A DNA stretch of 62,164 nucleotides from assembly GCA_017961365.1 (NCBI GenBank), contig JAGCXI010000068.1, forward strand, positions 1 to 62,164, written 5' to 3'. Under the pieces are notes generated by a model. That model did no database searches. It was not told the origin of the DNA and was given only the letters and a program-made list of their open reading frames with translations. The translations under genes were made by a program, and so were the position numbers. This stretch comes from Clostridia bacterium (lineage in GTDB: Bacteria > Bacillota > Clostridia > Christensenellales > CAG-1252). Below are positions 16,760 through 26,558 of the stretch, piece after piece. How positions within the stretch are numbered: the stretch's first letter is position 1; the number at the start of each line of letters is the position of its first letter.

Positions 16760-17518
16760 ATGAAAAAGACAGGTAAGATCATCATTTGCATTCTGATATT
16801 GGCGCTGGCGTGCTCCGCCATCCTCGGCGGATGCGACCTCGTGCGCAAGGTCAAAGGCGCGGAGCTCGGCTTCCAAAAGAAACTGAAAGCCGCCACAGAG
16901 GTCTCTTTCGATATGCACCTTGATATCACAAAGAGCGGGGTGACGAGCGGGATCGACCTCTCGTGTTACAAGAAGGGTGACGAATATGCCTACACCTTCT
17001 CCGATCCCGCCTTGAAGGGCGTGACGTACAGGAAGCTCTTCGCGGATAACTGCAAATACGAGTTCTGCGAGACGACCACACTCTTGAATGTCCGCACCGG
17101 CACGTACGTCAAAACGGAGGACGTTCCCTACACCGACGACAGCAACCTGCTTTACGTCGTGACGAAGAATATCATGCTCGTCACCGTCGCCGCTTTCATC
17201 ACCAAGGCGGAGAAGGAGACCCTCGGCGACACGGAGGTCTATCATTATTCCTTCGACTATAACGGCGATCAATATCATTTCTGGTATGACGCCGAAAACC
17301 TCGTGAAAGTCTCCGCCACTTTCAATTCGGAAGACGAGAACGGCTTGACGACGAGCGAGACTTATTCCGCTACCTTCACGAATTATCGTTTCGAGCGCGT
17401 CGCTGGCGATCCTTTCCTCCGTCCCGTTGCGCCCGCTTACGTGGAGAGCCCCTACACCGTGGAAGAATGGATGGAGATCCTGACGGAATTCGGCGCTCGC
17501 GCGGGAAATTGGATGTGA
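16760..17518 (+). CDS. Hypothetical lipoprotein
   Basis: ATG at 16760 after AAAGGAGACGGAA. Signal MKKTGKIIICILILALACSAILGGC. Confidence 0.6.
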   Translation: MKKTGKIIICILILALACSAILGGCDLVRKVKGAELGFQKKLKAATEVSFDMHLDITKSGVTSGIDLSCYKKGDEYAYTFSDPALKGVTYRKLFADNCKYEFCETTTLLNVRTGTYVKTEDVPYTDDSNLLYVVTKNIMLVTVAAFITKAEKETLGDTEVYHYSFDYNGDQYHFWYDAENLVKVSATFNSEDENGLTTSETYSATFTNYRFERVAGDPFLRPVAPAYVESPYTVEEWMEILTEFGARAGNWM

Positions 17519-17601
17519 TCCGAAGGGGAGAAAGATAAAGGCGATAATGTCGGATATTTCCGAAGAAAGGAGAAGGCGGGATACCGCCGAAGGAGAAGAA
17601 A

Positions 17602-18219
17602 ATGAAAGTGCTCATCATCAATGGAAGCCCGCGTAAAGAAGGAAACTCCGCTTTGCTCATCAAGGAAGCCATTCGCGTCTTCGAGGAGGCGGGCGTGGAG
17701 GTCATCCGCTATGACGTCGGCACGAAGGAGATCCGCGGTTGCATCGCTTGCGGCGGCTGTCTGAAGAAAGGGGAGTGCGTCCTCGGGGGCGACGTCCCGC
17801 GCCTTGCGAAAGAGCTCGCGAGCGCGGACGGAATGCTCATCGCTTCGCCCGTGTATTACGCCTCGCCGAATGGGAGCCTCATCAGCCTCTTGGACAGGCT
17901 CTTTATGAGCGCGAATTGTGACCTTCGGATGAAGGTCGGCGCCGCCTTTGCCGTGGCGAGAAGAGCGGGCACCGTGGCGTCTTTCGACGTGCTGAATAAG
18001 TATTTCACCATCAATCAAATGCCCGTCGTCAGCGGCAGGTATTGGAATAACGGATTCGGGAGAGCCCCCGGGGAGATCCGAGAGGATGAAGAAGGGCTGC
18101 AAAACGCCCGCTTCGTCGCGCGGAACATGGTCTTCCTGATGAGATCTGTCGCGTTGGGGAAAGAGAAATACGGCTTGCCCGAAAGCGAGACGGTCATCAA
18201 GACGCCTTTTGTGCGATAG
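17602..18219 (+). CDS. NADPH-dependent FMN reductase / iron-sulfur flavoprotein-like protein
   Basis: MKVLIINGSPRKEGNS..., CIACGGC cluster, ...ASPVYYASPNG. Confidence 0.7.
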   Translation: MKVLIINGSPRKEGNSALLIKEAIRVFEEAGVEVIRYDVGTKEIRGCIACGGCLKKGECVLGGDVPRLAKELASADGMLIASPVYYASPNGSLISLLDRLFMSANCDLRMKVGAAFAVARRAGTVASFDVLNKYFTINQMPVVSGRYWNNGFGRAPGEIREDEEGLQNARFVARNMVFLMRSVALGKEKYGLPESETVIKTPFVR

Positions 18220-18368
18220 TCCTCGCCGCGTCTGTCTTTGCGTATTGACAAAGAGTGCATAATGATGCTACACTTTATGTATGGCGTTTTTCGTCGAATA
18301 ATGCCAAAATAACACGACGGAGGAAGCCCGAAGCGGCGAAATGCGGCTCGCTTCGGCGCGAAGAAAAG

Positions 18369-19037
18369 ATGAAGTGTCCTCATTGCGGAATGATCTTTAA
18401 CGGCGTGACAGACACCTGCCCCCTTTGCGGGAAAGAGGTGTATGTCGGCTGCAAAAAACTCAAAAGTTTGACAACGAAGACCTATAAGATCGGTAAGCTG
18501 GACTGCAATATCATGCAGCTTTGCTTGATCTTTGCGGTGAATGTCGCCATCGTTTCCCTGATCGTAAATCTTTCGATGGGGATCGGCAAGCTTTGGTCTG
18601 CCTTTCCCATCGTCGGGATCTTTACGCTTTATTTCGTCTTTTCGATGATGCTGGGATATACGTCCGTAGCCTCCGGTATCCGCCGGCTCGCCTTGCTGCA
18701 TTTTGCGGGCGCGAGCGCCTTACAATTTCTCTTTTTCAAAGAGTGGTGGATGTATGGTTATTATCTCCCCGCCTTCCTCATCGCGATCAACCTCGTGGTT
18801 TGCGTCGTCTTTTTCCTGCCGAATACCAAGCGGGTGTCCCTCTTCCTCAGCGAAGTATTGCTGGCGCTGATGGGGGCGACGTTGCTCATCTTGATGGAGA
18901 CCTCCGTCATCGCGACGAATGAGGTGAGCCGCGTGCTCATCATCACGTCCTTCGCCATCGTCGCTTGCGTTTTCGCGAATTACTCCATCTATATGCTTTT
19001 CTGCCTGAAGGATAAGTTCCGCACCATCATAAAATGA
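18369..19037 (+). CDS. Zinc-ribbon membrane protein
   Basis: ATG at 18369. MKCPHCGMIFNGVTDTCPLCGKEV followed by about 5 hydrophobic helices. Confidence 0.6.
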   Translation: MKCPHCGMIFNGVTDTCPLCGKEVYVGCKKLKSLTTKTYKIGKLDCNIMQLCLIFAVNVAIVSLIVNLSMGIGKLWSAFPIVGIFTLYFVFSMMLGYTSVASGIRRLALLHFAGASALQFLFFKEWWMYGYYLPAFLIAINLVVCVVFFLPNTKRVSLFLSEVLLALMGATLLILMETSVIATNEVSRVLIITSFAIVACVFANYSIYMLFCLKDKFRTIIK

Positions 19038-19906
19038 CAGAAGACCTCAAGATCGGATTGGTCGTATCCGGCGGAAACGCGGTCGGCTCTTATCACGCGG
19101 GCGCGCTGAAGGCGCTTTCCGGGATCCTGCCGAAAGGCAGCGTCAAGGTGATCTCGGCGTCCTCTGTCGGCGTTTTGAATGCCTATGCTTACGCCACGGA
19201 CAAGATCGACGTGCTCGAGGACTGTTGGAAGAATCTTCCGACGGGCGGGCTTTTTTCGATGTTTCGCGCGCTTCGCAAGGACAGTCTGCTCCCGAAATAT
19301 ATCGACGACGTGATGAAAGAGACGGACGTTTTGGACGCTCCTTTTTATGTCACCACGAGTGAGCCGAAGAAGCCTCTCGTCGAGTACTGGAAGATCGAAG
19401 GGGCGTATAAGGAAAGCTGGCGCGATCTCTTTTACCAAGCGGCGTCCTTTCCATTTCTCGTGCCTAAGCTTCGCTCCGAGGAGAAGCGCCGTCTTGACGG
19501 CGGGCTTTTCGATAATATCCCCGTCTATCCTCTTTTCTATGAAAAAGATCTCGACATGATCCTGATCCTTCATTCCGATCCCAAATACACGCCGCCGGAG
19601 GAATGTTTTGCGGACGGAAAGATCGTCTTCGATTACGTGGTGAATCTGGGACTTTGCAAGGTGATCGACCATTATAAATTCGATCGGAAGCGCGTGGCGA
19701 AATGGTTTGACGAAGGCTATGCGCTCGCAAAAGAGGTCTTTCTTGAGATCTTTTCCGAGGCGGAAAGCAAGGAAGCGCTTCGGAGCAAGGTGACTGCTTT
19801 TTATCAAAGAAAACTTGCGGAACGCAAAAAGGCGCACGCCGCGGACTCCCTTGCAACGATGTGCAATAACATTTTTTGGAATCTTTTCGGACGGAAAGAG
19901 CTATAA
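19034..19906 (+). CDS. Patatin-like phospholipase
   Basis: GLVVSGGNAVGSYHAGALKAL (oxyanion G-rich), SASSVG (GxSxG) and DGGLFDNIP (DGG/A). ATGA overlap with the upstream gene. Confidence 0.75.
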   Translation: MTEDLKIGLVVSGGNAVGSYHAGALKALSGILPKGSVKVISASSVGVLNAYAYATDKIDVLEDCWKNLPTGGLFSMFRALRKDSLLPKYIDDVMKETDVLDAPFYVTTSEPKKPLVEYWKIEGAYKESWRDLFYQAASFPFLVPKLRSEEKRRLDGGLFDNIPVYPLFYEKDLDMILILHSDPKYTPPEECFADGKIVFDYVVNLGLCKVIDHYKFDRKRVAKWFDEGYALAKEVFLEIFSEAESKEALRSKVTAFYQRKLAERKKAHAADSLATMCNNIFWNLFGRKEL

Positions 19907-19915
19907 AGGGGGAAG

Positions 19916-20974
19916 ATGAAACGAGCCATAATTTTTCTGATGGTGATTATGTTTTCTGTCTTCGCTTTTGCGGCGTGTGCCGGAGAGGATGATCGCTTGT
20001 CTGCGCCGGACAATCTGCGCGTACAAGCCGAGATCTTGCTCTGGGATCGCGTCGACGGCGCGTCCGCATACAAGATCTTTGCGGATGGGAAAATGATGGC
20101 GACGACCGAAGCGTGTTATTACGATCTTTCCGAGTTGTCTCTCACAGAGGAAGAGGAATGTGTCCTGAATGTCAGGGCGATCCCCGAAGACAAGGAGAAA
20201 GCGCCGAGCGCGCTCTCGAGACCCTTTGCCTATACGCCGAGCAAGGAGGGGGAAGACGCGACGAACTCTGCGGGTGAATTCGGCACGGAAGAGCGCCCGT
20301 ACGTGATCTCGACGAAAGAAGATCTGGAAAATATTTTTATATGGGGCGCAGATAAATGCTATGTTTTGGGGAATGACTTGGAGCTGGGCGAGTGGACGCC
20401 GCTTGGCGCGTACAGTCAGCCTCACGGCGACAGAAGCCGCATCCCCGGCTTGGCAGAGCCGTTCAGCGGGCTTTTGATCGGAGACGGGCATACGATCTCA
20501 TATACGATCAACATTTCGGATACGGACGCCGATAAGGATTACGGATGGGGGCTCTTCGGCATTTCGGAAGGGGCGACGTTCAGATACTTGAAAATCGAGG
20601 CGACCATCCAAGGTGCGCAGCCGGCGAATAGCTCTTCGTCTGTCGCGGGCGGGTTGACCGGCTGGGCGAAAAACTGCCGATTCGACTGTTGCGAGACGAG
20701 CGGAACGATCCGTCAAGACCATAATGGATCCGCAAACTACGGATGCATACGCTCCGGCGGGCTTGTGGGGATGGCGGAGGGCTGCGCTTTCTATCGTTGC
20801 ACAAATCGCGCCGACGTGCTTGCGGGCGGATTCTTTGCCTCGGCAGGCGGCATCGTCGGCGGGCAAAAGGATTGCGATTTCGACAGTTGCGTTAATCACG
20901 GCGAGATCAGCTCGAATCACGGATCGTGGCTTTTCGGCGGAGATAATCACGGGGATCTTTACGGGAGGACGTAA
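19916..20974 (+). CDS. Secreted lipoprotein with GLUG-motif repeats
   Basis: Signal MKRAIIFLMVIMFSVFAFAAC. Repeated GGLTGWAKNC.F..C / GGLVGMAEGC.F..C / GGIVGGQKDC.F..C units. Confidence 0.6.
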   Translation: MKRAIIFLMVIMFSVFAFAACAGEDDRLSAPDNLRVQAEILLWDRVDGASAYKIFADGKMMATTEACYYDLSELSLTEEEECVLNVRAIPEDKEKAPSALSRPFAYTPSKEGEDATNSAGEFGTEERPYVISTKEDLENIFIWGADKCYVLGNDLELGEWTPLGAYSQPHGDRSRIPGLAEPFSGLLIGDGHTISYTINISDTDADKDYGWGLFGISEGATFRYLKIEATIQGAQPANSSSSVAGGLTGWAKNCRFDCCETSGTIRQDHNGSANYGCIRSGGLVGMAEGCAFYRCTNRADVLAGGFFASAGGIVGGQKDCDFDSCVNHGEISSNHGSWLFGGDNHGDLYGRT

Positions 20975-21049
20975 AAATAAATCCCCATCAAAGAAAAGGA
21001 AAAGAAGTCGGCGCTTTGCCGACTTCTTCTTTGTAAGATCACTTGTTTT

Positions 21050-22531
21050 TTATTTCTTTTCCGGCTTCATCGTCGGGAATAAGAGCACGTCGCGAATGGA
21101 GCGGGAATCCGTGAGGAACATCACCATTCTGTCGATGCCGATGCCGAGGCCGCCCGTCGGGGGCATGCCGTATTCCAGCGCCGTGCAGAAGTCCTCGTCA
21201 TAAGGCTGGGCTTCTTCGTCTCCCTTCGCTTTCGCTGCCATCTGCGCCTCGAAACGCTTCCTTTGGTCGATGGGGTCATTCAGCTCGCTGAAAGCATTGC
21301 CGCCTTCGGACGCGAAGATGAAGAACTCGAATCTTTCCGTAAGGCGCGGATCGGAGGGCTTCCTCTTTGCGAGGGGGCTCACTTCCACGGGATAATCCGT
21401 GATGAAGACGGGGCCCATAAGCTTCTCCTCTACGAAAGCGTCGAAGATATTGTAAAGCGCGTTGCCCCAAGAAGTGTCCGGCGCCATGTCGAGCCCCATT
21501 TTATTCCCGCGCTCGATGAGGGAGGGGAGATCGTCCTTGTCGAAGTCCATCCCCGTGTATTTCTTCACGGCTTCCACCATCGTGAGGCGTTCCCACGGCG
21601 TTTGGAGATGGAGCTCTTGTCCTTGATAGGTGAGATCGAGCGATCCATTCACTTTCATCGCTGCGGCGGTGTAAAGCTCTTCGGTGATGCGCATCATCTC
21701 CTGATAGTCCACGTAAGCTTGATAAAGCTCGATGGTCGTGAACTCGGGATTATGCTTGGTGTCCATCCCTTCGTTGCGGAACTGTCTTCCGATCTCATAG
21801 ACCTTCTCGAAGCCGCCCACGATGCAGCGCTTGAGATGAAGCTCCGTGGCGATGCGCATATACATGTCGATATCCAGCGTATTGTGATGCGTGACGAAAG
21901 GACGCGCGTTCGCGCCGCCCGCGAGCGTATTCAAAACGGGGGTCTCCACCTCGATGAAGCCCTTCTTGTCGAGGACTTCGCGGATCGTGGAGATGATCTT
22001 GCTGCGCTTGATGAAGACGTCCTTCACCTCGGGATTTGCAATGAGGTCTACATAGCGCTGACGATAGCGGAGGTCGGTGTCTTGCAGCCCGTGGAACTTC
22101 TCGGGGAGGGGGAGAAGGGACTTGGAGAGGAGCTTATAGCTTTTCGCATGCACGCTGATCTCGCCCGTCTGCGTGGTGAAGACGAAGCCCGTCACGCCGA
22201 TGATGTCGCCGATGTCGAGCTGCTTGAAGCTCATGTATTCCGCTTCGCCGATGTCGTCGCGGCGCACGTAGATCTGGATCTTGCCGTCGCCGTCCAAAAG
22301 ATGAGCAAAGCTTGCTTTGCCCATAATGCGGCGGGAAACCAGCCTCCCTGCGATCGTGACCTCTTTCTCAAAAAGAGCTTCGGCATTCGCCTTGATCTCC
22401 GCGGAGGAATGCGTCTTGTCGAATTTCACCTCCGTGAAAGGGTCTGCGCCCGCGTCCACGAGGGTCTGCAGCTTCGCAAGGCGGACTCTCTTCGCTTCTT
22501 GTACGTTCTCTAAAGTCGTCGTTTCTTCCAT
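21050..22531 (-). CDS. lysS: Lysine--tRNA ligase (class II)
   Basis: ATG at 22531 after GGAGACAG. OB-fold N-domain, then class II motifs (...FRNEG..., ...[15 protein letters not shown]). Confidence 0.9.
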   Translation of the reverse strand: MEETTTLENVQEAKRVRLAKLQTLVDAGADPFTEVKFDKTHSSAEIKANAEALFEKEVTIAGRLVSRRIMGKASFAHLLDGDGKIQIYVRRDDIGEAEYMSFKQLDIGDIIGVTGFVFTTQTGEISVHAKSYKLLSKSLLPLPEKFHGLQDTDLRYRQRYVDLIANPEVKDVFIKRSKIISTIREVLDKKGFIEVETPVLNTLAGGANARPFVTHHNTLDIDMYMRIATELHLKRCIVGGFEKVYEIGRQFRNEGMDTKHNPEFTTIELYQAYVDYQEMMRITEELYTAAAMKVNGSLDLTYQGQELHLQTPWERLTMVEAVKKYTGMDFDKDDLPSLIERGNKMGLDMAPDTSWGNALYNIFDAFVEEKLMGPVFITDYPVEVSPLAKRKPSDPRLTERFEFFIFASEGGNAFSELNDPIDQRKRFEAQMAAKAKGDEEAQPYDEDFCTALEYGMPPTGGLGIGIDRMVMFLTDSRSIRDVLLFPTMKPEKK

Positions 22532-22627
22532 ACTGTCTCCTGATGATTCTTGCTTAAAACAAGGGAGAAAGTCCCTTGCGGAATGCTCAAATGAAAAGGG
22601 CAAGGGACTTTTTGAATGATTGATTCT

Positions 22628-23098
22628 TTATTTGCGGATGCCGAGGATCTTGTATTGGCTGACGCCTGCGGGCGCCTTCACCTCGACGATCTCGTTCTTC
22701 TTATGTCCGATGAGCGCCGCGCCGAGGATGGACTCATTCGAGATCTTATGATCGGCGTAATTCGCTTCCGCGCTGCCGACGATCTTGAATTCCTCCACTT
22801 CGTCGTATTCGATGTCATGCACCTTCACAAAGCAGCCCACGCTGACCACGGTGGTGTCGATGGCTTCGCCGTCGATGACTTTCGCGAGCTTCAAGGTCTC
22901 TTCGAGCTCACGGATGTGCCCTTCGACGATGCCCTGCTCGTCCTTCGCCGCGTCGTATTCCGCGTTTTCGCTGAGGTCTCCGAATTCACGCGCGAGCTTC
23001 ACTCTCTCCGCGGCTTCGGGTCTCTTTACTTTGACGTAGAAATCAAGCTCTTCTTCCAGCTTTTTATACCCTTCCGGGGTAAGTACGATCTCTGCCAT
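22628..23098 (-). CDS. greA: Transcription elongation factor GreA
   Basis: 156 aa. ...LTPEGYKKLEEEL....R.E......A...GDLSENAEYDAAK.EQ.. Confidence 0.9.
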   Translation of the reverse strand: MAEIVLTPEGYKKLEEELDFYVKVKRPEAAERVKLAREFGDLSENAEYDAAKDEQGIVEGHIRELEETLKLAKVIDGEAIDTTVVSVGCFVKVHDIEYDEVEEFKIVGSAEANYADHKISNESILGAALIGHKKNEIVEVKAPAGVSQYKILGIRK

Positions 23099-23278
23099 AT
23101 TCTCTCCTTTCTCGCTTTATGCGAGCTCGCTCAAGCGAGCCTTCCCTCGGGACGGTCTGTCCTCGCGAGGGGCGCGTGTCTCCACGCAATGCGGCTTCCG
23201 TCGAGGCTTTCTCGGCGAAACGCCATAAAAAAGGCGCAATTCGAAGCGGAAACTCGACTGCGCCTTCTGTCTTCCCGA

Positions 23279-23542
23279 TTACTCTTTATCCGAGCCCGGT
23301 TCCGGAAGAAGCGCCATCACTCTTGCGCGTTTGATCGCGGCGGCGAGAAGCCTCTGATGCTTCGCGCAAACGCCGGTGGAACGCCTCGGAGCGATCTTTC
23401 CGCTCTCGGTGATGAACTTTCTGAGCTTCGCCACGTCCTTATAATCGATGTCGTTGATCTTGTCCACGCAGAAAATGCAAACCTTTTTCTTCGCGGGCTT
23501 CTTCATGGGGCGCTTTGCCCCTTTCTCTTCCATATTTTTCAT
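23279..23542 (-). CDS. rpsR: 30S ribosomal protein S18
   Basis: KKVCIFC...IDYKDV..LRKFI...GKI.PRR.TG.CAKHQR.L..AIKRAR..ALLP. Confidence 0.9.
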   Translation of the reverse strand: MKNMEEKGAKRPMKKPAKKKVCIFCVDKINDIDYKDVAKLRKFITESGKIAPRRSTGVCAKHQRLLAAAIKRARVMALLPEPGSDKE

Positions 23543-23577
23543 ATTACACTCCTTAAAATTCTGCCGTTATCGGCGCA

Positions 23578-23970
23578 TTAGAAGGGAAGATCGTCCTCCA
23601 CGACTTCCGAACCGATGCGAGCGCTCGACGCGCCGCTGACCGGAGCGGGGGGAATCTCGCCCTCACCTTTGGTGGAGAGGAACTGCACTTCGTCGGCAAC
23701 GATCTCGGTGATGTAACGCTTGGAACCGTCGTTCGCGTCGTACGAACGGGTCTGCACAGCGCCCGCAACAGCCGCCTTGCTGCCCTTTTTCAGGAACTTG
23801 CCGCAATTCTCCGCCTGTCCTCTCCATACGATGACGGGAAGGAAGTCGGTCTCGGTATTGCCGAATCTTCTGGACACCGCAAGCGTAAACTTGCAGACGG
23901 GGATGCCGTTATTGGTGTTCGACAGCTCGGGATCTTTGGTCAAATTGCCGATCAAAAATACTTTATTCAT
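23578..23970 (-). CDS. ssb: Single-stranded DNA-binding protein
   Basis: MNKVFLIGNLTKDPEL... OB fold and an acidic tail ending DDLPF. Confidence 0.9.
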   Translation of the reverse strand: MNKVFLIGNLTKDPELSNTNNGIPVCKFTLAVSRRFGNTETDFLPVIVWRGQAENCGKFLKKGSKAAVAGAVQTRSYDANDGSKRYITEIVADEVQFLSTKGEGEIPPAPVSGASSARIGSEVVEDDLPF

Positions 23971-24004
23971 TGTTTCTCCTCCGAATTACTTTGCTACTCG
24001 CGAA

Positions 24005-24286
24005 CTATTTTCTCGTGACCATAAAACGAACTACGTTTTCGTCGTTTCTCATCTGACGCTCGAGCTCAGCGGGGAGCGCGGGAGCGGACTCGAAATTCAT
24101 AAGAACGTAATAGCCTTCGGTCTTGTAATTGATGGGGTAAGCGAATTTCTTCATGCCCCACTTGTCTACGGTCGTCACCGTGCCGCCGTTTTCCGCGATG
24201 AGCTGAGAGAACTTCTCGACCGTCGCGTTTTTGACGTCGTCCGACGCTTCGCCGTACAAGATGTACAAAACTTCGTACTTATTCAT
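24005..24286 (-). CDS. rpsF: 30S ribosomal protein S6
   Basis: MNKYEVLYIL... 93 aa. First gene of the conserved rpsF-ssb-rpsR operon. Confidence 0.9.
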   Translation of the reverse strand: MNKYEVLYILYGEASDDVKNATVEKFSQLIAENGGTVTTVDKWGMKKFAYPINYKTEGYYVLMNFESAPALPAELERQMRNDENVVRFMVTRK

Positions 24287-24435
24287 TTTGCTACCTCCTT
24301 TTGGACTTGATGACCTTTGCGCTTGGCAAAAGTAAGGAACACTCGCCCTTTGCGAGTTATGGTGATTATACTATATAAATAAATAAAAGTAAAGCGTTTT
24401 TGTAAAAAATAGTTTGCGCTTCGGCGCGTCGAAGA

Positions 24436-25029
24436 TCAAAAGAGACGGAGGAGCATATCGAGGACGATCTTCCTCATCTCGGCATAGTCGATATAATCGT
24501 GATGGTCATAGACCTCTTCGTGCGCGAAAGACTGGACGACCATAATGACGGTATGGACTTTCTCGAAAAGATGCTCGCCTTTATAGCCGAGATCGACGAG
24601 CTTTGCGGAGAGCTTTTTCGTCATCTCTTCTTCGAGGGCGGAGAATCTCGCGTCCACGATCTCATCCTTCGAGAAGAGAGAATGAAGGGTCGTGTGCATG
24701 GCGGCGTTCGTACGATGCACGTTCACGGCGTGCTCGATCGCGCGGGAGAGGATGAAGGGGAAGTCCGGCGTCGTGACGTCGTCCAAAAGCGAGAGGATGG
24801 GGGTGAAGACGTTATTCAGATAAATGTCCATCGCCTCGAGGAGGATGTCACGCTTGTCGCGGAAATATCCGTAGACGATGCCCGTGGAGACGCCCGCTTC
24901 CTTTGCGATCTCGGCGGTATTCGTATTAAAATACCCCTTTTCCGCAAAGAGCTTGTAGCCCGCTTTGATGATGCGCTCCTTTTTCTCGATGGAGCGCTTT
25001 TGTTTCGGTTCTCTGACGATCTCTGCCAT
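24436..25029 (-). CDS. TetR/AcrR-family transcriptional regulator
   Basis: ATG at 25029. ...KQKRSIEKKERIIKAGYKLFAEKGYFNTNTAEIAKEAGVSTGIVYGYF.DK is the TetR HTH signature. Confidence 0.8.
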   Translation of the reverse strand: MAEIVREPKQKRSIEKKERIIKAGYKLFAEKGYFNTNTAEIAKEAGVSTGIVYGYFRDKRDILLEAMDIYLNNVFTPILSLLDDVTTPDFPFILSRAIEHAVNVHRTNAAMHTTLHSLFSKDEIVDARFSALEEEMTKKLSAKLVDLGYKGEHLFEKVHTVIMVVQSFAHEEVYDHHDYIDYAEMRKIVLDMLLRLF

Positions 25030-25178
25030 AGATATCATTATAGCGCGGAAGAGAGAAAAAGGCAATACAAATCTGCTTTTCCGTCTCGGAGGAGAAAAAC
25101 ACGAAAAAGAGAAGCGACTCGACGCCGAGGGAGGCGTCAAAGGAGAAATGCGGAATGATCCGATGATTTCGGAGGAAT

Positions 25179-26465
25179 TTATTCGTTCCGGGAAAGCAGG
25201 AAATCGCGGATTTCGCGGGCGCAAGCTTCCGCGAGCGCGGCGTCGGGGCATTCCGTCATAATGCGGACGACGTTCTCCGTTCCGCTCGCGCGGACGAGGA
25301 CGCGTCCCCGCGGCAGGCGTGCTTTGACTTCCGCGGCGAAGGCTTGGGTGGCTTCGGCGTAGGCGACGCTTTTGTCAGGCAGGCGAAGATCGATGCGGCT
25401 TTGCGGATAGACCGTGAGTTCCTTCGGCAGAAGGACAGGCTCTCCCGCGCGGAGCATTTTGAGGAGCATTCCGCCGACGAGGATGCCGTCTCCCGTCATC
25501 AAGAGATCGCCGAGGACGATATGTCCGCTCTGTTCCCCGCCGAGGGACAGCCCCTCGCTCCGCATCGCCGCCGTGACGGCGCTGTCTCCGACGTTGCAGA
25601 GGACCGGCGTGACGCCGATTTCGGTGAGACTATGCAGTACGCCGCCGTTCGTCATCACGGTGAGCGCCACTTTGTCTTTCGCGAGGCTGCCTTCTCGCTT
25701 CATTTTTCGCGCGAAAAGATAGAGGATCGCGTCTCCGTCGAGGATGTCGCCCTCTTTGGTGACGACAAGGATGCGGTCACCGTCTCCGTCCAGCGCGATC
25801 CCGAGATCGGCTTTGACGCGAAGCGTCTCTTCGCGAAGCGCGCCCGGGAAGAGCGCGCCGCATCCGACGTTTACGGCGTCTCCTTTTTCGGAGAGGCCGA
25901 GGGGAAAGACCTCCGCGCCGAGCGAGGGGAGGAGATCTCGAAAGACGTAGCCCGCGCCGCCGGCATAGTCAAAGGCGACTTTCAAGCCGTCCAGCCGACC
26001 GACCGCCTCTCGGAAGAAGGCGCGATAGCCCTCGAGAAGAGAAGGATCCTCCCTTTCCGTCCGATAAGAAACAGAAGAGAGAGAAATGCTCTGCATTTCT
26101 TCTTCTAACGCACGACAGGCGTCGTTGCCGAGCTTTCCCGCTTTGTCGAAGACTTTCAGTCCGTTATGATCGGGGGGATTGTGACTCGCCGTTATCATCA
26201 CGGCGGTTTCCGCGTCGGAATGGGTGAATGCGTAGTAAAGAGCGGGGGTGGTGGAGAGCCCGAGAAAGGAAAAGCGCCCGCCTGCCGCCGTTACGCCGCC
26301 GAGAAAGGCGCTTGCGAGAATGGGAGAGGAGAGGCGATTGTCGCGCGCAAGAAGGATCTTTCCCCGTTTTGCCAATGCCGCGCCGAGACGATAAGCCGTC
26401 TCGTCCGTGACGTCTTTTCCGTATATGCCGCGTATGCCGTCCGTGCCGAAATGAGAGGTATTCAT
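25179..26465 (-). CDS. glmM: Phosphoglucosamine mutase (alpha-D-phosphohexomutase family)
   Basis: ATG at 26465. FGTDGIRG, ITASHNPPDHNGLKVF (phosphoserine loop), ALDGDGDR (Mg loop). Divergent from glmS. Confidence 0.75.
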   Translation of the reverse strand: MNTSHFGTDGIRGIYGKDVTDETAYRLGAALAKRGKILLARDNRLSSPILASAFLGGVTAAGGRFSFLGLSTTPALYYAFTHSDAETAVMITASHNPPDHNGLKVFDKAGKLGNDACRALEEEMQSISLSSVSYRTEREDPSLLEGYRAFFREAVGRLDGLKVAFDYAGGAGYVFRDLLPSLGAEVFPLGLSEKGDAVNVGCGALFPGALREETLRVKADLGIALDGDGDRILVVTKEGDILDGDAILYLFARKMKREGSLAKDKVALTVMTNGGVLHSLTEIGVTPVLCNVGDSAVTAAMRSEGLSLGGEQSGHIVLGDLLMTGDGILVGGMLLKMLRAGEPVLLPKELTVYPQSRIDLRLPDKSVAYAEATQAFAAEVKARLPRGRVLVRASGTENVVRIMTECPDAALAEACAREIRDFLLSRNE

Positions 26466-26558
26466 ACGATATAATATGCGCGCTTTCCTCGTCGTGACAG
26501 TGTCAGCGCAGGGCGGAAGGGGCATATAGTATAGAAAAATTTTTCGGAGGAAAAGGAC

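Noticed and set aside
21263-22513. 416-aa ORF antisense to lysS
   Set aside because: lysS is unambiguous. The antisense translation has no motifs and no RBS.
24287-24435. Possible S6:S18-binding rpsF leader RNA
   Set aside because: A hairpin (CTCGC-AAAG-GGCGAG on the minus strand) exists in the 5-prime UTR. I cannot verify the conserved motif from memory, so this is not reported as a feature.
26466-26558. Possible glmS ribozyme upstream of glmS
   Set aside because: The divergent glmM-glmS spacer is only ~93 nt, too short for the ~170-nt ribozyme. It also lacks the ribozyme's conserved core as far as I can judge.
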